22,363 bases of DNA, from the NCBI GenBank assembly GCA_002269645.1, contig NIVC01001370.1, positions 281,241-303,603 on the forward strand, written 5' to 3'. The position numbers and the translations under genes are program-made. Shown here in pieces: positions 19,115 through 22,363 of the stretch (positions within the stretch are counted from its first letter, which is position 1; each line of letters starts with the position of its first letter). This DNA is from Macrostomum lignano (taxonomy: Eukaryota). Under the pieces are notes generated by a model that saw only the letters and a program-made list of their open reading frames with translations, searched no databases and had not been told where the DNA came from.

Positions 19115-19873
19115 TCAGTCAAACGGTGACACGCACTGGCAGTAGCCTCCGCCTGAGTACTCATAGTTTGTAGGCAGGTCAAGCAAGCCTCCGTTAAGGT
19201 AGACCCCAGCTCTATCTTCCACACCTTCATGGTTGTTCGGCTCTCCGCTGCTCCACAGTGCAGCCGAGATGTTGAGACCGCAGCTGGCCCACTGCCAGCC
19301 TCCTGACGGCTCCGAGCTGCCCAGCAGCTGCCAGCCTCCCACGTAAACTGTGTTGACGGCCGCCACGCCAGCCAGTTGCTCGGCCGCCAGCTTTCCGACT
19401 TTGTCTCGCGCCGCTGCATCACTCAGCTCGGCCATGATGACGAGTCCAGCCTCCGCGTCGCACATCTCCTTGCACCTGGTCCAGTTTCCCGCACAGCTCA
19501 TGAACTTGTACTTGGTGCCGCACAGGTCGTCAGCGTAGCCAGCAGGACACAGGGCTCCCATCGGCAGTCCCGGCTGCTGCCTCACAAACAGCTGCGCTGT
19601 GCGATTGCAGCTGCAGTCTCTCACGTTCTTGCTGCACCTGTGAAACACGAACAGCTGGCACGGACCGTCGGACATGCTGAACGCCTGGCAGTGCGCGACA
19701 TTGGCGCAGAGCATCGAGCACGCCTTGAGGGTGGTGACCTCCGGGTGAGTTCGCACGAACTCGCTTCTCACACAGTTGAGAGCCGTGACAGCATGGAACT
19801 GAACTCTGCATTTGCTGCTGCAGATCAGAGGAGTCTGCGACAGAGCGACAATCAGGAAGCTGAGCAGCTTCAT
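19115..19873 (-). CDS. Intronless secreted PAN/Apple-domain + C-type lectin protein, 252 aa
   Basis: Signal peptide, then the PAN pattern TLKACSMLCANVAHCQAFSM..PCQL. The lectin part reads CPAGY...NWTRCKEMC...VYVGG...GWQW...WSSGEPNN..EDRA. Confidence 0.88.
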   Translation of the reverse strand: MKLLSFLIVALSQTPLICSSKCRVQFHAVTALNCVRSEFVRTHPEVTTLKACSMLCANVAHCQAFSMSDGPCQLFVFHRCSKNVRDCSCNRTAQLFVRQQPGLPMGALCPAGYADDLCGTKYKFMSCAGNWTRCKEMCDAEAGLVIMAELSDAAARDKVGKLAAEQLAGVAAVNTVYVGGWQLLGSSEPSGGWQWASCGLNISAALWSSGEPNNHEGVEDRAGVYLNGGLLDLPTNYEYSGGGYCQCVSPFD

Positions 19874-19950
19874 CTTATCAGCTGATTAACTGAGTAGGGA
19901 CCACAAACGTTCTGGGCTTGGGGTAGCTTGGTTTGAGTGAGTTATCATCG

Positions 19951-19985
19951 CTTTATAGACGCCAGTCGACTGAGTAACCAACCAA
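19951..19985 (-). promoter_or_regulatory. Putative TATA box (TATAAAG, 19957-19951) and CCAAT element of the PAN-lectin gene
   Basis: ctttata on the plus strand is TATAAAG on the minus strand, about 80 nt upstream of ATG 19873. ccaat lies at 19982-19986. Confidence 0.5.
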
Positions 19986-20663
19986 TGGAATCAAGTCTCG
20001 ACTCTGATACTACATGCAAGACTGATTTCTTCTAAATTTCAATTCATGCATCGAAACTGTCTACTTGTTTTGCTAGATAGTAGTATGTAAAATGCTTGAA
20101 AAGTCTGGAATCTTAGTTTTCTTTATAAAAAACTTTGTCATGTGAGGCAGCTAGCAAAAATCATGGAACGTTCTTTCTTCTCTCGGAATGAGACGGAGCA
20201 CAATGGTGTAACAAGCTGCTTCCATTAGCGTCAGTTACTCGTATCAGCACCACCGCGCAGAGCTGATCAATATTCTCCTCTTGCTGTTGACTGACTGATG
20301 AGACAAAATGGATTACTGCGAGTGAAAAAATGTATAGGATCAGACTAAGCCTATAAAAAGACCATAAAAGCTGTTGTACTAATGACAATTCTTACTGACT
20401 GTGGGTTAAAAATGGTAGCGCTTAATTAGGTAATGAGAATTTCGCTCACATTGGCCAGGAAGCTATAATAAATGATTAGTTGAGGAATTGGAAACTAAGC
20501 ATTCTAGCGCGTCAACAAGACAAAGGGGAGCCGGGCCCCCTTCATAATCGCCCCTATTAAAATTGCACTCCGCTTAAACCCAGGTAACCCAGCTCGATGA
20601 AAGACAGCAGCTCAACGTTTTTCAACTCTTGGCGTGGCATCCACCAGACTGGAATACGGGAGT

Positions 20664-21776
20664 AGGGGCGCCCACCTAAGAGACAGGGGCGCCCACCTAA
20701 GAGACAGGGGCGCCCACCTAAAAGACAGGGGCGTCCACCTAAGAGACAGGGGCGCCCACCTAAACACCTAAGAAACAGGGGCTCCCACCTAACCACCTAA
20801 GAGACAGGGGCTCCCATCTAACCACCTAAGAGACAGGGGCTCCCATCTAACCACCTAAGAGACAGGGGCTCCCACCTAACCACCTAAGAGACAGGGGCTC
20901 CCATCTAACCACCTAAGAGACAGGGGCTCCCACCTAACCACCTAAGAGACAGGGGCTCCCATCTAACCACCTAAGAGACAGGGGCTCCCACCTAACCACC
21001 TAAGAGACAGGGGCTCCCATCTAACCACCTAAGAGACAGGGGCGCCCACCTAAGAGACAGGGGCTCCCACCTAACCACCTAAGAGACAGGGGCTCCCATC
21101 TAACCACCTAAGAGCACCTAAGAGACAGGGGCTCACACCTAACCACCTAAGAGACAGGGGCTCCCATCTAACCACCTAAGAGACAGGGGCTCCCATCTAA
21201 CCACCTAAGAGACAGGGGCGCCCACCTAAGAGACAGGGGCGCCCACCTAAGAGACAGGGGCTCCCATCTAACCACCTAAGAGACAGGGGCTCACACCTAA
21301 CCACCTAAGAGACAGGGGCTCCCATCTAACCACCTAAGAGACAGGGGCTCCCATCTAACCACCTAAGAGACAGGGGCGCCCACCTAAGAGACAGGGGCTC
21401 CCATCTAACCACCTAAGAGACAGGGGCTCACACCTAACCACCTAAGAGACAGGGGCTCCTATCTAACCACCTAAGAGACAGGGGCTCCCATCTAACCACC
21501 TAAGAGACAGGGGCGCCCACCTAAGAGACAGGGGCTCCCATCTAACCACCTAAGAGACAGGGGCTCACACCTAACCACCTAAGAGACAGGGGCTCCCATC
21601 TAACCACCTAAGAGACAGGGGCTCCCATCTAACCACCTAAGAGACAGGGGCTCACACCTAACCACCTAAGAGACAGGGGCTCCCATCTAACCACCTAAGA
21701 GACAGGGGCTCCCATCTAACCACCTAAGAGACAGGGGCGCCCACCTAAGAGACAGGGGCGCCCACCTAACCACCTA
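20664..21776. repeat. Satellite array with 21-bp and 29-bp unit variants
   Basis: Units aggggcgcccacctaagagac (21 bp) and aggggctcccatctaaccacctaagagac (29 bp) are interspersed over about 1.1 kb. Confidence 0.97.
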
Positions 21777-22363
21777 CATGTGAGAGGGGCTGCGTACGTC
21801 AACTCTGGTACACAGTATTCAAAGCTTGTAATTGTATAAAAGTCATAAATTGTTCAATTTACAATGCAGATATTGATTACAACTGTAATACCACACAAAA
21901 CTTACGAGTGCACGCACCAAACAATTAGGAGTAATATACTTATCGGTGTACGATTATGAGATGAGATTTGAATATACAGAATAAATTTGAATGCTCAGGA
22001 CTTGATGGACGCGGAAGATAGCTTATATTCTCTCATGAAAAAAACTGGTCACATACTTGATATGAAGTTAGGCGCGATCAGGCTGATAAATGATGAAGGG
22101 AGGCAAAAAATGTTAATCTAAAACTAAATATAATTAGTACAGCTATACAATCATTGTTTTGAATTATCCCGAACGTCCTTCAGGCTGACGATGTAAATTT
22201 TGACACTCAGAAAGTGGCTCTGCAAGGTTCTAGTTAAACTGGAGAATCGGATATTGAAAAGCTGTTATGCTTCCTGGAGAACTTAAACTCGAGGCTGACC
22301 CCTGAGCACGGATTCGTACGCAGGAACTATTCACACGCAAGGTGTGCAGCGGCCCTGGCTTTT

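Noticed and set aside
19376-19885. 169-aa plus-strand ORF overlapping the PAN-lectin gene
   Set aside because: Antisense shadow with no motif.
20161-20388. 75-aa minus-strand ORF with a hydrophobic N-terminus
   Set aside because: Signal-like but with no recognisable domain or splice partner; insufficient support.
22235-22363. Frame open to the window end (GESDIEKLLCFLENLNSRLTPEHGFVRR...)
   Set aside because: Too short and truncated to assign; it needs the adjacent sequence.

Overview
Eukaryotic (metazoan, probably invertebrate) genomic DNA with GT-AG introns, AT-rich spacers and many small transposon relics. The style resembles a flatworm such as Macrostomum, but that is a guess. The main feature is a 9-exon plus-strand FREM1/QBRICK-like extracellular matrix gene (about 7786-18125): signal peptide, CSPG repeats, one Calx-beta domain and a C-terminal C-type lectin. 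Its 3' third, as assembled, carries 4-5 single-base frameshifts. The minus strand holds three other coding regions: a two-exon cationic six-cysteine defensin/macin-like prepropeptide that the ORF track misses (4031-4388), a frameshifted GT61-glycosyltransferase-like fragment (5709-6078), and an intronless secreted PAN/Apple + EPN C-type lectin (19115-19873). Non-coding content includes two two-variant tandem arrays, a roughly 730 bp CT tract, an hAT-type MITE with a perfect 8-bp TSD, and nested MITE relics. No CRISPR array, rRNA or tRNA was seen.
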